This document shows positions 37,072 through 51,300 of a DNA stretch of 64,000 nucleotides, one piece after another. Positions within the stretch are counted from its first letter, which is position 1. Every line of letters starts with the position of its first letter. The DNA comes from Bilabrum cf. latius (Eukaryota), in NCBI GenBank assembly GCA_965178125.1, contig OZ237751.1, forward strand, positions 744,001 to 808,000, written 5' to 3'. Under the pieces are notes generated by a model. It made no database searches and was not told the DNA's origin. It was given only the letters and a program-made list of their open reading frames with translations. The position numbers and the translations under genes were made by a program.

Positions 37072-38788
37072 ATGTCCGCCTCTCGTCGAAGTAGGTCTAG
37101 CGAAGATCCATCTAGAGCAATTTGGGAGCGAAGATAGCGCGAAAAAGAACGAGTGAGCCCAGATGCTCTGATACATGCCAGGACTGTGGTGCATGGTTGG
37201 TGGACGTGAGTTGCACTTTAATATGTCATATTTTCTGCAGGTTAGAGCACGAATTGAGAATGAAAGGAGGCACATTAAGGCAATGTCACAGTACGGCAAG
37301 CTGAAAAAGCAGGCTGAGTGGAAGCGCAAGCTTGCTGCGTCACCATTTGCCGTTGACCAGCTCGCCGAGCACGAACGCATCGATGAAGAGAACAGGATAC
37401 GCTTGCTGGAAGAGCAGCGACGGCAACAAATGATGGAGAAGCGAAAAGAGGCAATTAAGACTCAAATCATCGTTAAAGCTCTCTCAGAAGCCTCCGATAT
37501 AGAGTCGCTACGAGCTGAGAAGCGAGCCATCCAACTCGAGGAGCGCAGGTTGAAGGCTCTTTTGGAGATTGAGCGAGTCAAGCAGCACAAAAAAGCAGAT
37601 CATTAGGCGGCAGTCCGTGCCGAGTAGGTGCGGCACCGAGAAAAGAAGGAATTCCGAAAAGACAAGTTTTCGGTGCTGCAGCAGCAGCGTCAGAATACCC
37701 TGCGAGAGGCCAAAATGGCAAAGGAAGGCCTCGTGGATGACCCGACCACTGGAAGAGCGGTTCCAATCATGTCAAAAGAGGGCGAGTATGCCGTCAAGTT
37801 TCTTCGAAAAGCTGGCAGGCTGCCCCCTTACGTGGACCGGTACATTGCTATGCGAAAGGAGCGCGAGATAGCCATCGACCCTGACCTCGGGCCAGTGCGC
37901 ATGCCGCCAGCGGTAGCGGATCGTGCCACGGGTCAGGCCATGGCGGCGGAGATTGCGGCGGGATACGGGTATGAGTAGCAGATGCCGCATCCAGGGCTCG
38001 CCGGTGCCGGTGCCGGCTTGCCGTCAGGTGCCGAGGCCGGTGTTAGTGCCGGTGGCGCTCCGCCGGGGTACGGGTACGGTTCTATGGGATATGCCGGAGA
38101 CCAGGTGCAGCCGGGGAGCTATGGGCCCGGGCCAGTGCACGGTCAGATGTAGGGGCCTGGGCAATACGACGCGGCTGCGCTCGCTGCTGGTGCAGACCCC
38201 AGCGGGTATGGCATGGGCCCTGGGCCTAGTGGCGGTGCTGTTGGGTATGCCGGTCAAGGCAGCGAGGGTGCGCCGTTTGAGAGCGATGGCAGTGCAGGGA
38301 TGATGGGCATGGGCATGGGGATGGGGATGGGCAGCGGAAGTGGAATGCGGGCCGGGGAGGGAAGCAGTCGGGGGGTGCTGGCGGCGGCGGTGGAAGAGGC
38401 CGATGAGGAGGAGGAAGGCGATGAAGACGAGTACGATGGCGACGATGGGGAAAGAGATGCCGATGGAGATGGAGACGGTGGGCAGCGTTAGGATCAGGAG
38501 GCCGAGGAGGAAGACGGGGAGTATGGCGACGACGAGTTCGAGTCTGGGAGCCCGGTGAAACGGGCGACGAGCGGGGTTTCGGGTGGGGACGTTGAAGACG
38601 GGGGCTACGAAGATGATGATTTCGAGCTGTCCTAGACAGGGACCGGACTGCCATCGATGGGGGGCGAGCGGGGTCAGGATAGAGGGTCCGGAGCTGGCAC
38701 GGATCATGATGGCGGCAGTAGAGAGGGGGGAGGAGGCAAGTCCGAGGCCAATGAGGATGGCTATGGCGATGATGACTTTGAGGGGTGA
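37072..38788 (+). CDS. Coiled-coil protein with Gly/acidic low-complexity tail
   Basis: Exon 1 37072-37152, intron 37153-37240 (GTGAGC...TTTTCTGCAG), exon 2 to TGA 38786-38788; 7 TAGs. Charged coiled coil, e.g. SPFAVDQLAEHERIDEENRIRL. Confidence 0.82.
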
Positions 38789-38954
38789 ATGCACTGCCTT
38801 CTTGCATCAAGTAAAGCCGTGCCGCGAACGATGCGTTTGGCAGAGCTTGTAGTGGACGCTGAGAGTGCTGGCGTTGGCCTGTTGAATGCTTGTAAGAGAA
38901 TACTAATAGGATTTGAGTTCGTTATTTCGAAGGGGCCATCGATTTTCAAGCACA

Positions 38955-39566
38955 TTATTCTGCCCATGAGGCCTTGTCTGCCCCGTTTGCTTGCATTGCC
39001 GCTAGCCACGCCTCGTGCGTGTCAGTGTCCTCGCAGTCGAACTCCCATACTCGCTTCCCGGGGTCGACCGGTTTCAGAATGATATGATTAGGAGTCTCAT
39101 CCCGGTTCTCAACAATGTACTAGTCCAGATCAATTACATTGCCCTTGACAGGATACGCTCCACTTGCTGCCTACGCCTTTGTCTCATGGTAGCTCAGCTT
39201 GCCATCCGCGACCCGAACATACCTCAATTTCCATGTGTAGCCCATCAATCCAGGGATGTTTCCTTTCTTTCTTAGAGTTCCAACTTTGGTGACTGCATGG
39301 CTCGATTCAGTCTCAGCTCCTGGAGCTGGCGGGCTCGCTGGAGCGGCTGAACCCCCAAACGGGTTCCCTGCGCCAGCGGTTGCCGGTGCTGGCTCTTCTT
39401 CTGTTCCTTTCTAAGGTACTTTGTATTCAGGAAGGACGGCAGGGGGGGGTTCTGTGTCTGGCGCTGCTACTGTGCTCTCTTCGGGCAGAGCTTCTGCTTG
39501 CGCTGGCGGAGGGGCTGAATAATCACCCGATACATCTCCAAACGGGTTGCCCGCAGCTGATGCCAT
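38955..39566 (-). CDS. PH-domain protein with two NPF motifs, 203 aa
   Basis: ATG 39566 to TAA 38955-38957 through TAGs at 39411, 39171 and 39120. PH signature KVGTLRKKG...TWKLRYVRVADGKLSYHE...KGNVIDL...RVWEFDCEDTDTHEAWLAAM, plus GNPFG twice. Confidence 0.85.
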
Positions 39567-39734
39567 ACAAGCAGTCAATACTACACCTCTTTAGGAGGTC
39601 ACAACAGGTGTTTAATGCGTACATATTCGAACAAGGACGATTACTTGGTTGGTGACGAGTGCACTGATCCAACCGGAAGTAACGTGGCAATGTTGCTCCC
39701 ACGAGACACACAGCCACGAGAGCCTAAGCGACAC

Positions 39735-42700
39735 TCATCCGGGACCTCTTCGACTCCCGCGAGTGGCCTGGCTACGCAGCAGCGACTGCGACTAGGGCTG
39801 CTACGAAGGCGCAGCAGCCGAAGCCGCGGCAGTGTGCCCTCCAAGCACCGCCTCTAGTCGCGCCTTGGCCCTTGCTGCCGGCACCTCGGCTGTGGGTACC
39901 CCCTGCCCGATGGCACCCACCACCTGCAGCAGTGCGGCGTGCAACTGCAAGCAGCGGACTTCCTGCCAGGCCCCAAACTGCACCGCGCTGCAGCTCATTG
40001 AGGCCGAACATCGGATCGACTCTGCCACCAGCCGCAGCTGCATGGCCACAGGGGGCTCTACGAGCAGAGGATGCTGCGGAGGTACCTGCCCAGTGAACTC
40101 GAAAGGGCCCTTGAAAAGATCAGCAGCACCAGAGGCAGAGCTTGCCGCGCCTGCTGCTCCTGAACCTGCCCGCCCACGCCCGCGCCCACCTGATCTCGAT
40201 CCTGCACTAGCCCCCCTTGTTCCCTAACCGTCGGACGTGCCCTCCATGGGTGCTTGCCCGCTGGCTGCATCTTCTGCGACCCCAACTCGCCCATCCAAGA
40301 TGGCCTGTACCGCTTGTTTGACCCTGCTGCTGCTGCTGGTGGTCCCAACGGCACCTCCGTGCTTCCCTGCCTGCACTCCCTCCACCTCGAGGGGGTCAGC
40401 GCCGTCCGCCAGCCGCTGTAGATCTACTTCAGACAACCCAGATCGGCGGGCCCCTGCCTCCGAAGCAAGGATCAGGCCCGCCCCGCGAAGCATGGAAATG
40501 CCGCGAGAATCTCCCACCGTCAACTTGCTTGCCATTGACTGTGACGAGCTCGCTGCGATCGATGCCGATGCCGATGCCGATGGCAACACTGTGGATTGTC
40601 TCAGCATTCCCGTCCTGCGGATTGAAGAGGGGGGCTTACCACCGCCTTTGCGGCCTTTGCGGCCTCTGTGCGCCCTGGGCTCGCCCATCTCATCCTCGTC
40701 CTGATCGTCATCGTTCTCGTCATCTTCGTCCCCCTCTCCGTCACCATCAACCGTACCGGAGGCATCCTCTTGCAAGGCTTCGAACGCCTCGGCTGCTGCG
40801 TCCCTGGGGTCAGTCCCCATGGCTGATGCATAGTCCTCGCAGTCTGCATCGGCCAGCATACCGGCGATGCGGCCGGCAGTCAGGTGGGTCACGCACGACT
40901 CGAGCAGCTCTGCAGCAGCGAGCACGGCGCGAGACGCTTGCTTGGCATACCTTACCACGGCAGCGCTGGGCACGCCGGACTCATCACCAAGGGACTCTGG
41001 CAGCTAGCAGACGGGGTGCCTGGCTGGATCTAATAGCCAGCCAATTGCAGCGTTGCTCGATGCCTTGATCCAACGAGTGCTAAGTTGCCAGCGAGGGTGC
41101 CGCTACTCGCCATTCGGACCGCGAGTCGCAGGGCCATCCACTTTACTGAGCAGATGCGTGAGGCCCCGATCCAGAGCCCATCGCTTGACCAAGACCGAAG
41201 CCCTGATGGCGCCATGGATGTGGCCCGCAGCGGCATCAATGGCGGTCCGTAGAGTTCCCTGGACCCACGCCCGGTGGAACGATCCGGGGAACAAAGACGG
41301 AGCGGCCTATGCATGCTGTGCCTATAGTCTCGCCTGCTTCATTTCAACGGGGACGCCAGCGGCCATTGCAGCCCCCGGCAGTCCGTGCAGTCTCACGACT
41401 GTTGCAAACATTCCGACGACATCGCCCTGAATTCGAGTGGCATGTTCGGATGATGCCCGCAGGCAGTCGACAGCAGCACCGCATGCCGTCTCGAGCTTGC
41501 CCACCTCCCCAGCAGCACCCCGCCATCTAGCCCACTCGATCGCGTGCTGCATTGCCACGGGGTCCCCAGCCCCAGCCCCAGCCTCAGCCCTGGTCTCTCC
41601 ACCGGTGTTGAATGGAGACCGTCCCATTGTACCGGACCAACCAAAGCGGCCTTGTGAGCGCACAACCCCCAAGGCTAGCTCTTGCTGCTTGGCTCCTGGC
41701 ATGGACAGTGCTCGCTCAGCCAGGTGCACCAGCCACTCGCACTCGTGTGCCAGGCAGGTAGCCCAGCCGAGGCACCGCACGAGGCGGTATCCCGCGAGCC
41801 CTTTCTTCACTTCTATGGCGGCCTAGGCGCCGGATACTGACTTCAGTACGGCAGCAGTGGATCCGACGCATGCAGAGATTGCGGATAAAGTCCGGACTGC
41901 GGCCTCCAGCTCCGACACGGTGGCATGCAGCGCATCAGACACTTGCTACTGAGCCGCAGACACTATCCGGATAATCTCGGTGTCTGTCTCTGCTTGCATC
42001 GCAAGCTCACGTACCCTTTCATCCAACGCAGCTTGCTCCTATTCCCGCAGAGACGTTTTGCTTCTGAACGAGGACTTGGTCGGGGTGACTGCACTGGCTG
42101 CCCGGCCGGTGGTGCTGGGTGCTGCGGCGGGGCGGGCGCGCTTGCTGCCAGGGACTTCTCTGCGGGAAGCACCCGCACCGTCTCCAGCCACTGACTAAAC
42201 TTGGTCTTTCTCGCCTGCGTCCGCCGAATCATCATTATCTTCCATTGGTTTGGATCCGTACCCAAGCCTGCGGGACACTTGGCTACGTCCGGACCCAGCG
42301 GATTCATTCTAGCCTTCAACGTCAGAATTTCTCTTTGACTTCATCAATGCGCCCCGCAGCACCTCGCACGCATATCTCTCGCTAGTTCGAGCCTCTACGA
42401 TGCTGCAGCTGCAGCGTCCCAGCCTTGCAATGGACGAGAGCAGCTTCCTTGTCCATTGCACCGTCTGCCGCTGGGCCACTACCAGGCCCTGCATCACCAC
42501 CTCGAGCAAATAGAGAGGGGTGTCTGGCCTGGGGCACACGGCCAGTGCATCATGCTTTCGCTCCGTATCCTGCTGGGAATGATCCGCACCTGGTAGCAAA
42601 CCGACACTGCTATGCGCTCGCTGCGAGCCCGTCGCAAGGCCCTTGTCTGACTGCAGGCCGAGGCTGGAAGGTTCCGCCCGACCCAAGCTTGCATTCAGCC

Positions 42701-45509
42701 GAGGCGCAGGGCGCACGCTTTCAGGAAGCAGGTCTGGCTGCATGAGCGGCACACTGGTGAAGAGCCACCGTTGCGCCTGCTCAGAGCGGCCGGGCCCTGA
42801 CACTAGCTGCGCTGCCAGGGACATGCAAGCAGCTGCCCGGCCCACCCAGTGCTGGTCTCCTTCCCGTGATTGAGTGGTTGCATGCAGCAAATCGTGGGCT
42901 CGCATACCCGGAGCAGGTGCTTCCAACGGGCTCTTCCCGTGCGAAGAATGGAAAAGGCGCGATTCTGCATCGATGAAGTCGTCAACAGCCACAGGTACCG
43001 CAGCAGCAGCAGCGGTTAGCGCAGTGTGAAGGTACCTGCGCCGGAACGCGTTCCCAACGATTGCAAGCGACGGCCGGACACGTACCGGACTAGAACCATC
43101 GAGCCTAGATCTGATTCTCTCAATTCGTCTGCGCTGGCGTTCTAACTTGCTGCCATGGCCGCCACTGTACCCGGTGCCCCTGCCCTTTAGCCGATCTCCC
43201 CCCTGCTCGGAATCAGAGCTTACGATCGACGAATCGTCACTATCACTCTCGCTGCCTGCCGCGGCAGGTTCGCGAGTTTCCTCCATGTCATTGGAAGCGG
43301 CGTGTAAGCTGCAGAGTGACCGCGAAGCTGCAGCTGCCAATTCAACCCCGCAAGACGGCGACGTGACGACGGCCAGCAATGCATCGCACAGCCGGGCAAC
43401 CGATCGTCGAAGTATCGCTAGCGAGTCAGTCGAAGCGGCAGGTGCATCGCCGGGGCACGCAAGCAATGCCGTGAACGCGCGGTCAACTGCGGCACACAGT
43501 CGCACCGCGCTAGAAAGGTCCTGGTCCCGACCGTGTCCATCGCCACTGGCTGCGAGGCTGCCTTCGTCGGATTGCATGGACGGCTGCATGCTCTGCCCGC
43601 TGCTGCCCTGGGTGCGCTGACCCGAAGCTCCAGATGACGCATTCACCGCACAATCAGACTCTCGCGTGGAGCCCTCTAGTGCGCCTGGATTCGAGAGTCC
43701 TTGGTCCCTGGCGCGTGATAGCATCTCCTCCTGGCTCATCCGCTTGGCTCCAGACCCTGTCCCGCCATCGCCTGCCTTCGCTGGACCAAGGCCATCCCAT
43801 ACCATGCGATACAGCGTGCCAGGCCTTCCTGAGCACAATGGCGACGTGTCAGCCCGAACCGCGTGTACAAGCTGCTCTGAGAAGCTCACCTAAGCTTCAG
43901 CGTCCTGCTGGCCTCTTGCGATGCCGGCAGCATCCGAACCAGCAGACACAAGTCCCCTGCCTACGGCAACCAGCAAGTCAAGCCCAGAGGCTGACCGCTC
44001 AGTGCCGACCTGTGCCTGTGCTTTGCTCTACTCGGCGTCCCTGGTCCCCCCCAAAGCGATCGGGCCCGCTCCTCGACGAGCTGGCATGCAGGCTCGGACC
44101 ATGCGTCCCCAGGCCAGCTGAAACGCGTCTCCGCGCAGAGCACCCACTCCCCCACCTGAACCGTCCCCCAAGGCCCCACCGGCCTCAAGTGACCCGCCCA
44201 CACCCGCCCCTATTTCATCATCGGATTGCTCCAGCTCCTCCAGGCCACCCACTCCAGGGGAGCGCCCACCGGAAGCGGACGATCTCCTTCTCGCGCGAGC
44301 CCGTACGCTCTCGACGGCTGATCCGTGCTGTGCGCGTGCAGCTAATGCCTCGCGCACCCTTCGCTCGATCTCAGCCTGCATTCCCTTGCGCTGGGATTCA
44401 TCAGTGGCCCTCTTCTGCGAGGAGGCAGCCAGTTCCTGCAGCCGCGCGTGGGCGTTGTGCAGCTGTTTCTGCAGGGCGGCGGCACGTTTTTCAGCCCTTC
44501 GCCTGCCCCTCGTTGCCTCATCCAGATCGGCCATCGTGCCTTGCTACGCAGATGTCGCCTTTTGAACAGTTACTTCAGCCTGGTCCTTGGCCTCCTGCAC
44601 GGCTGCGTGCATATCCGTTTCGCTCGCCACTAGCCTGAGGTTGAGGATCTCTATCTCACGCTGGGCCTCTGCCGCTGCGCGCCTGGCCTTCTCTGCGTCA
44701 TCGCGGGCGACCCTTGCCTTCTTTCGCATAAGCGCGAGCTCTTTCCGCAGGGCTATCGCGTCGGATAGGCTGGACGTGCCTGAGGAAGGGGCAGGGGACG
44801 GGGCGCGAGCGGGCATTCCTGTGGCTGGAGACGGCGTTCTGGCAGGGCCCGACGATGCGGTACCTGCATACGAAGAAGAAGCAGACGATGTCGCATCGTG
44901 CGACGGTGGCCCGCCGTGGAGTGGAGGTGGTGGCTGTGCCGACGAGTGCGCCCCCACCCCCGCCCTCGCCCCCGTCCATGCGCCAGCCTAGCCTTTCCCT
45001 GGCGTCGCGCTGCTCCCCCTCAGCATTTGCGTCGGAACAAGTCCAGGAAACTCCCCATCAGCCGTTTGCATGACCGGGGGATGGGGCCGAGCCTTGGGAT
45101 GCGCTGCTTGGGTTGGCCGAGCAGATGCCGCAGACATTGGCGCTTGCGTTCCGTCGGGCTGTTTCGGCGCGATGCTCGTGGCCGCAACGCTTTGCGTTGC
45201 ACTTGCGCTTAGAGGTGATGGATTATCCTAAGAGGACCCATTAGGTAACTTTGGGCCCGATTCGCCGGCCATGTGCTCGTTTTCAAGCATGACTGCAAGG
45301 TTGTGCATATGCTCTAGCTCCTCCTCATCGAGGTCTCCATGCTGTGTCGTACCGACCCCATTACCATCAAATTCGTTACTTATGCTCTTCATTTCGTTCA
45401 AAACGCTGCTATCGGAATCTTTAGCTTGCGCAAATTGCAGCATAGGTCCCCGTGGTTTTGGCCGGTTGGGGCCAGGTGGGCCCTTTCGGCCTTTCTTGGA
45501 TCCAAACAT
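39735..45509 (-). CDS. Hypothetical large protein with N-terminal coiled coil, ~1924 aa
   Basis: Eight tracked ORFs in one frame. ATG 45509 (MFGSKKGRK) to TGA 39735-39737 through 17 TAGs. No family recognised. Confidence 0.78.
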
Positions 45510-45705
45510 CCAGATCTGCACGTATAATTAGATTTCTAATTGAGAAAACCAACTCATGTCGCAGCGAATTGCTCAGGTCAAGGTTAAATACAGGTCTCTG
45601 AAAACTTTTTGAGTTGCGGTCCGCAGCACAGTGCCCTGCATCCAAAGCGAGCGCCAGCACTGTTTGGGACGGATGCACTGCACAGCCTCTACAGACTTTA
45701 AAACC

Positions 45706-47008
45706 ATGGCTGCTGCGGCTGCGACGCGCGCAACAGATGTCGAAGAGGCAGATGCTGGAGAAGAAGTGAGAAGCACACGTACATTGGTACAGCTGCGCTA
45801 CGGAGAAGCATGCAAGCACTACTCGCTCCTTTTTTCCGTTCCTGGCGTTCGCAACCGCAGGAGGGAGGACCACAGCCTGTCGGACGGCTGCAGGAGCAGG
45901 GAATCAATGCCTCAGATATTAGAAAATTGATGGAAGGTGGTTTGCACACAGTTGAAGCCGTGAGGTAGAATGCACGTGAACTAAACGCCGTGGCTTTGAA
46001 TTCTTGCGCAGTTGCTCCGGCGCAAGCCTTGGCTGCACGGATAGATTGGATACCTTAGCCTGCTGATGTGAATTGTAATTGCAGTGCATACACTTTAGGA
46101 CTGCACGATAGTACCGTGGCGCCTGATCCATGCTGTGCACGCAGGTTGCGTACGCGACGAAGAAGCAACTCACATCTATCAAGGGAATCAGCGATGCCAA
46201 GGCCGACAAGATCGTGGATGCTGCTTCCAAGTTGGTAGATATGGGATTTACCACGGCAGCAGAGTACGCGAAGCATCGAGAGGACATAATCAACATCTCG
46301 ACAGGCTCCAAGGACCTGGACACGCTCCTCGCCGGGGGCATCGAGACAGGATCGATCACGGAGCTCTTTGGAGAGTTCAGAACAGGCAAGACCCAGCTGT
46401 GCCACACCCTGTGCGTCACGTGCCAGCTACCGGTGGAGCAGGGTGGCGGCGAGGGCAAGGCGCTCTACATCGACACAGAGGGGACCTTCCGGCCCGAGCG
46501 CCTCATGAAAATCGCCGAGCGGTACGGACTCAACGCAGACGACGTGCTCGACAACGTGTCGTACGCCAGAGCCTACAACTCTGACCACCAGAACGCGCTT
46601 CTGGAGCAGGCGTGCGGCATGATGGCAGAGTCCAGGTACGCCATCGTGGTGGTAGACAGCGCGACCAACCTATACCGTACAGACTACACGGGGCGGGGGG
46701 AGCTAGCCGAGCGACAGATGAAGCTGGCGCAGTTCCTGCGGCGGCTGATGCGGCTGGCGGACGAGTTCGGAGTGGCAGTGGTGATGACCAACCAGGTGGT
46801 TGCAACCGTGGACGGCGCGCTGTCGTTCGGGCCCCAGTTCAAGCCCATCGGCGGCAACATCGTGGCCCACGCCTCCACCACGAGGCTGATGCTCAGGAAG
46901 GGGAGGGGTGAGAACCGCATCTGCAAGATATACGACTCGCCCACGCTACCCGAGTCGGAGGCAGTATTTTCCATCACGGACAAGGGCGTGGACGACGGAA
47001 GCGACTGA
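45706..47008 (+). CDS. RAD51: DNA recombinase RAD51, 340 aa
   Basis: Exons 45706-45765, 45861-45959 and 46145-47008 with GT-AG introns. [21 protein letters not shown], Walker A GEFRTGKT, Walker B IVVVDS, and [12 protein letters not shown] (GGN as in RAD51, not GGH as in DMC1). TGA stop, no TAG. Confidence 0.97.
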
Positions 47009-47101
47009 TGGTGGTGTATTGTGCTGCGTTGTGGTGCAAGCGATGTTTGACTTTGAGCGTTTGCTTGATGATTCTAGCCTACCAGATCCAGCGCGCGCAA
47101 T

Positions 47102-48214
47102 TCAAGTCGCGCTGCTTCCTCCTTCGCCTCCTTCCGAATTCCCAATGCTTTCTGTAGGAACAGCACCGGTAGACCTGGATGCGCTCGGTGCTGCATCGTT
47201 CTCAGCGCCCTACACTGCAACGCTCTATTCCGCGGGATGGCCCGGACCCTAGGCGTCCGACACGTCGGTCGAGCCATACTGGCTGTGGGAGGCGCGTGCT
47301 TGGGAGGATTCTGAGCGAGCATCCTGCGGGGCAGGAGCACCTGCTCGATCCCCAGACGCGGCGTGCACGCGCTGCTCGCGACTCTGCAATGGATTCGTCC
47401 GAATTGTTCCCTGGAGGGCTTCGGTCTCTCCTTCCTCCCCACCGGCTGGACAGCAGCCGCAACACAGCCTGCCGCACAACGACCAGGACCGGCGCGGGTC
47501 CGAATCCCTGAGAGAGTCTCTGGCCTCCCAGTCCTTCGGCGGCGGGGTCCAGCAAAACGCACAGCACATTATAGAGAAGCAAGTGCTCCGGTGGCATCCG
47601 CACTCGTGCTCGCTCACGTAGCACGCCGTGCCCGCAGGCGATGGGTCGATCCAGCCTCGCTCCGAGCAGTGGTCCACCCAGCGGTCCAACCGGAACTTCA
47701 TCCTTGTCAGAACGCTACTGCTTTGACCTAAAACCTTATCGTCCGCAGGGAGCCGTTCTTTCTGCTCAAACGCGTAGTATATGTATCTGTGTCCGCCGGT
47801 GTTCATCGGTGGGCCAGGAGGGCCATGCCAAAACACGGTCGTCGATTCTTCGGAGGACGCCGGAGCTCCAAGCACTATATTGTATCTGAGCATATGAATG
47901 ATCTGCCCAAGACCTAGCGGGGGATCCGGATCGATGCAGATCACGGTGTATAGGCCCACTGTCGAAGATCCTGCCGCGCCCTTTTCGGCAGTGGCAAGCG
48001 GTAGTACCGCTACGGCCGGAGGCTCGAGAGCATCGTACGGGCTAATATAGGTCCCATATCCAACGTGGAGTTTGCCTCGGAAGGATACCTGCAGCCTGAC
48101 TCGTTCTGCTGGGAGTGAATCAGCCCCAAGGAATCCGTGCAGGTTTAACGCAGACTTTCTGGTGGCTGGAGCAGCCGCTGGGCCGCTGGAAAGCAACGAA
48201 ATTTTGTTTTCCAT
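47102..48214 (-). CDS. PEBP/RKIP family protein with Cys-rich segment, ~370 aa
   Basis: YTVICIDPDPP, IHMLRYNI and GPPGPPMNTGGHRYIYYAFEQ. Extends through 3 TAGs to TGA 47102-47104. Confidence 0.85.
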
Positions 48215-48333
48215 GGCCTAGCTATGAGCCCTTGGTCCTGCAGAGGAATGCAACTCTCTTTCTCATCGATTCCGTGCGATCTCACCCGGAGCCAGTCGCA
48301 CCTGTCGCGCCGCCTTCACATATCACGCAAAGC

Positions 48334-51300
48334 ATGCGACTCATCCAATTGGTCAGCGCTTTATGTAGCCTCCAAGTAGTCATTGCCGATCAGGGCATCA
48401 CCACAAAGTCGCCTTGCAGCAGCAGTAGCCCGACGTAGATTTGGCAATTGTCAAGTGCAACAGGGTCCAATACTACAATTTCGCAACTCGTGAGCGGCTC
48501 ACCATACACTGGAATTGCATCCAAGTATGGAATTGAGTGGTATGGCATGGCACCGCCTGCGGCGCCACAGGCCCGTCTGTGCCTGGCCGCCGCGTCGTGC
48601 GATCCAGCAGGAACTGAAACTGCGGTTGTGCTGCGCGACTGCGGTGAAGAGTCGCAATGCCCGGCAAATGCCGATGTTTCATGGCAGTACAATCCTTCCA
48701 GCGGGCATGTGGTGTCTGCAATCAGCTCTAGTGCGCCTGGGCCCTTGTGCTTGACCCTCTCTCACGTGTCCGGACCCGGCGTGAACTTATTTTCGTGTGA
48801 CAATACCGTGCCCAACGGACAATGGGACCTCGTTGCCTCGACCAATACTGAATCGGGAGAAAGCGGTCTGATTCGATCGAGGTATCCTCCCGGCAAGCCG
48901 CAAGACGAGCACGCGTGCCTGGCGAGCGTCCCGCCGCCGCCACCTGCACAGCACACGATTCCCGTGAACTCGTCAGCGATCGGGGCGCGCTTCGACGGAG
49001 TCGGAGGTCTCGCAGCTGTTGGGGGCGCCCGTCTCCTGTACGAGTACCCCGAGCAGCAGAGGGAAGAGATCCTCGACCTCATGTTCCTGCCGGACCGAGG
49101 TCTCGCCACACAGATCCTCAAGACGGAGCAGCCCGGGGACGGGGACTCGTCGTACGGGAGCGGCCCCTCCTGGCAGCACTCGCCGGACCCCTCATCCCGC
49201 AACTTGAACAGCAGCATCTACCTTACGTGGCTTATCGGAGAGGCGAAGAAACGCAACCCAGACGTGGTCACCTACACTCTGTCGTGGACGGCGCCCGGCT
49301 GGATCGGAGACTACCTGTCCCCTGCAGGGGTCTAGTACCATGTGGACTACATGGAGGCAGTGCGGGACCAGCTGGGCATCACGTTTGATTACGCGGGTGT
49401 GCACAACGAGGCCAGCTGGACCAGAGACTACATCAAGCAGCTGAGGGCTGCCATGGACGCGAAGGGACTGAACGAGACGACCATCGTGATGCCTGATGGA
49501 GGCGACAAGGGGTGCAAGGATTGCCCGCCCTCGTGGGGCGACAAGGCCTCCACGGCCCTGGTCAAAGATCCTGACCTGGCCAAAGCCGTGGGCGTCCTGG
49601 GGATCCATGGCTCCAACCCGGAAGGCATCGGCGGTTCTGGCGAGTACCAAGGGACGTACTGGAACAGCGAGCAGAACATGATCGACGGGCCCATGCCGCA
49701 GGCGGATCCGGTCGCTTAGAACCCGTACGGCAGCGCGCTGGGGTGGCCAAGGCTGTTCCTAGCCAACTACGTGAGATCAAGGGCCACCGCCACGATTCTC
49801 TGCCCGCTGATGCACGCCTGGACCTGGGGTTATGGCAGGCAGAATCACGGGCTGGCGCAGGTGGCCCAGCCATGGAGCGGGCACTACGAGCTCGGTTCGG
49901 CGTTTTGGAGCCAGGGGCATGTGACTGCTCTCACCCGCGTCGGGTGGCATTTCATGGACGGAGGCGCGTCTGGCCAGAACTGCGAGAGCGTGGAGGACGC
50001 CTCCTCCTGTGACCAGCTGTGGGGCACGTTTGTCGAGCTTGCGAACCCAGAGGGCCTTGATCCTGCGGGGTAGAACAAGCTAGTGAACGTGACCACGGTC
50101 ATCGTGAACACTGGCAACAGCGACACCGTGTTCACGCTGCAAGCGGTGGACTCTGGCGCCCGTGGTGTCCTTGAGCCCGGCAGACAGCTGGACGTGTGGA
50201 TCACTTCCAGGGAGAAACGCAGCTGGTTCCAGCCAGCGCCTCCCGTCACGGTTGCCGCAAATGGCACGGTCACTGTTCCAGTTCCAGCAGGCACTGTAGT
50301 GTCGGTGTCGACCGTCAAAGCCGCAAGGCCGGATGAGCCCAGTGCACCGCTGCGACAGCCGTTCCACATCCCGTTTCACGACAGCTTTAACGAGCAAAAC
50401 ATCGGCGACCCGGGGCGGTCATTCTCCGATTTATTCGGAGCCTTTGAAGTGCATCCTGCTCCGCCCACGATGCGCTCAGCTCTGAAGCCGGTGGTTTCCG
50501 CAAACGCGCTTCGCCAGTCCGCGCTGATGGACCCCTCGGCGTGGCACGGGACGGGGGACGGAAGCCCCTTCACGTCTCTCCCGCACGGGGCGGAGTGGAG
50601 CAACTACAACGCGTCTGCGGTAGCCTACTTGCCCAAAAACCGTACCTACAGCGCGGACTAGGGTTGCGTGAGGCTGTGCGGTCGGGTGCAGATGCTGCAG
50701 CCCGAGTCGTTCGCACCTTACAACGCCACGCCGGGCGTGTGCCTGGAGGTGTGGGAGCTACCTAAGGTGGATGATTTCTTTGTGTGGAGGCTGGTGGAGA
50801 CTCAATCCCCGTCTCGTGTTGATTCAACCCCCAGGTATTCCATCGGGCCGCATCGGTTCTCACAAAAGGAGCTGGCTTCTGGGCCTGTGCAAGGCAGCAA
50901 CAGCAGGGTCTGGTCTCTGTCGCTGTCGTTTGACGATGATGCAGTGTCTGCCAGCATCGATGGATCAGCCGTTGCCAAGGCCGCTGTGAGTCCTCCATTC
51001 ATGGCAGGGACGGTCGGACTGTCCAGCAACTTCCACGAGGCATGGTTCAGCAGCGTGCACGTGTCCGCGCTGGGCGAGGAGAGGGGCTACAGCACAGGGA
51101 CATTCATGCAGGCGGTGCAGCCTGGGCACGTCCTCGTAAACAACTTCACCGGGCAAGCCGGTATGCTCCTTGACCTCACCGGCGCGACTGACCCGCTGCC
51201 GGTGGTGGGGCTTGGCAGGTACAAGGCCTCTGGAAACAGCGGCACGCACGACCTAGATATCGTAGACGCAGACACCTAGAAGTCTGTGCTGCAGAAATCG

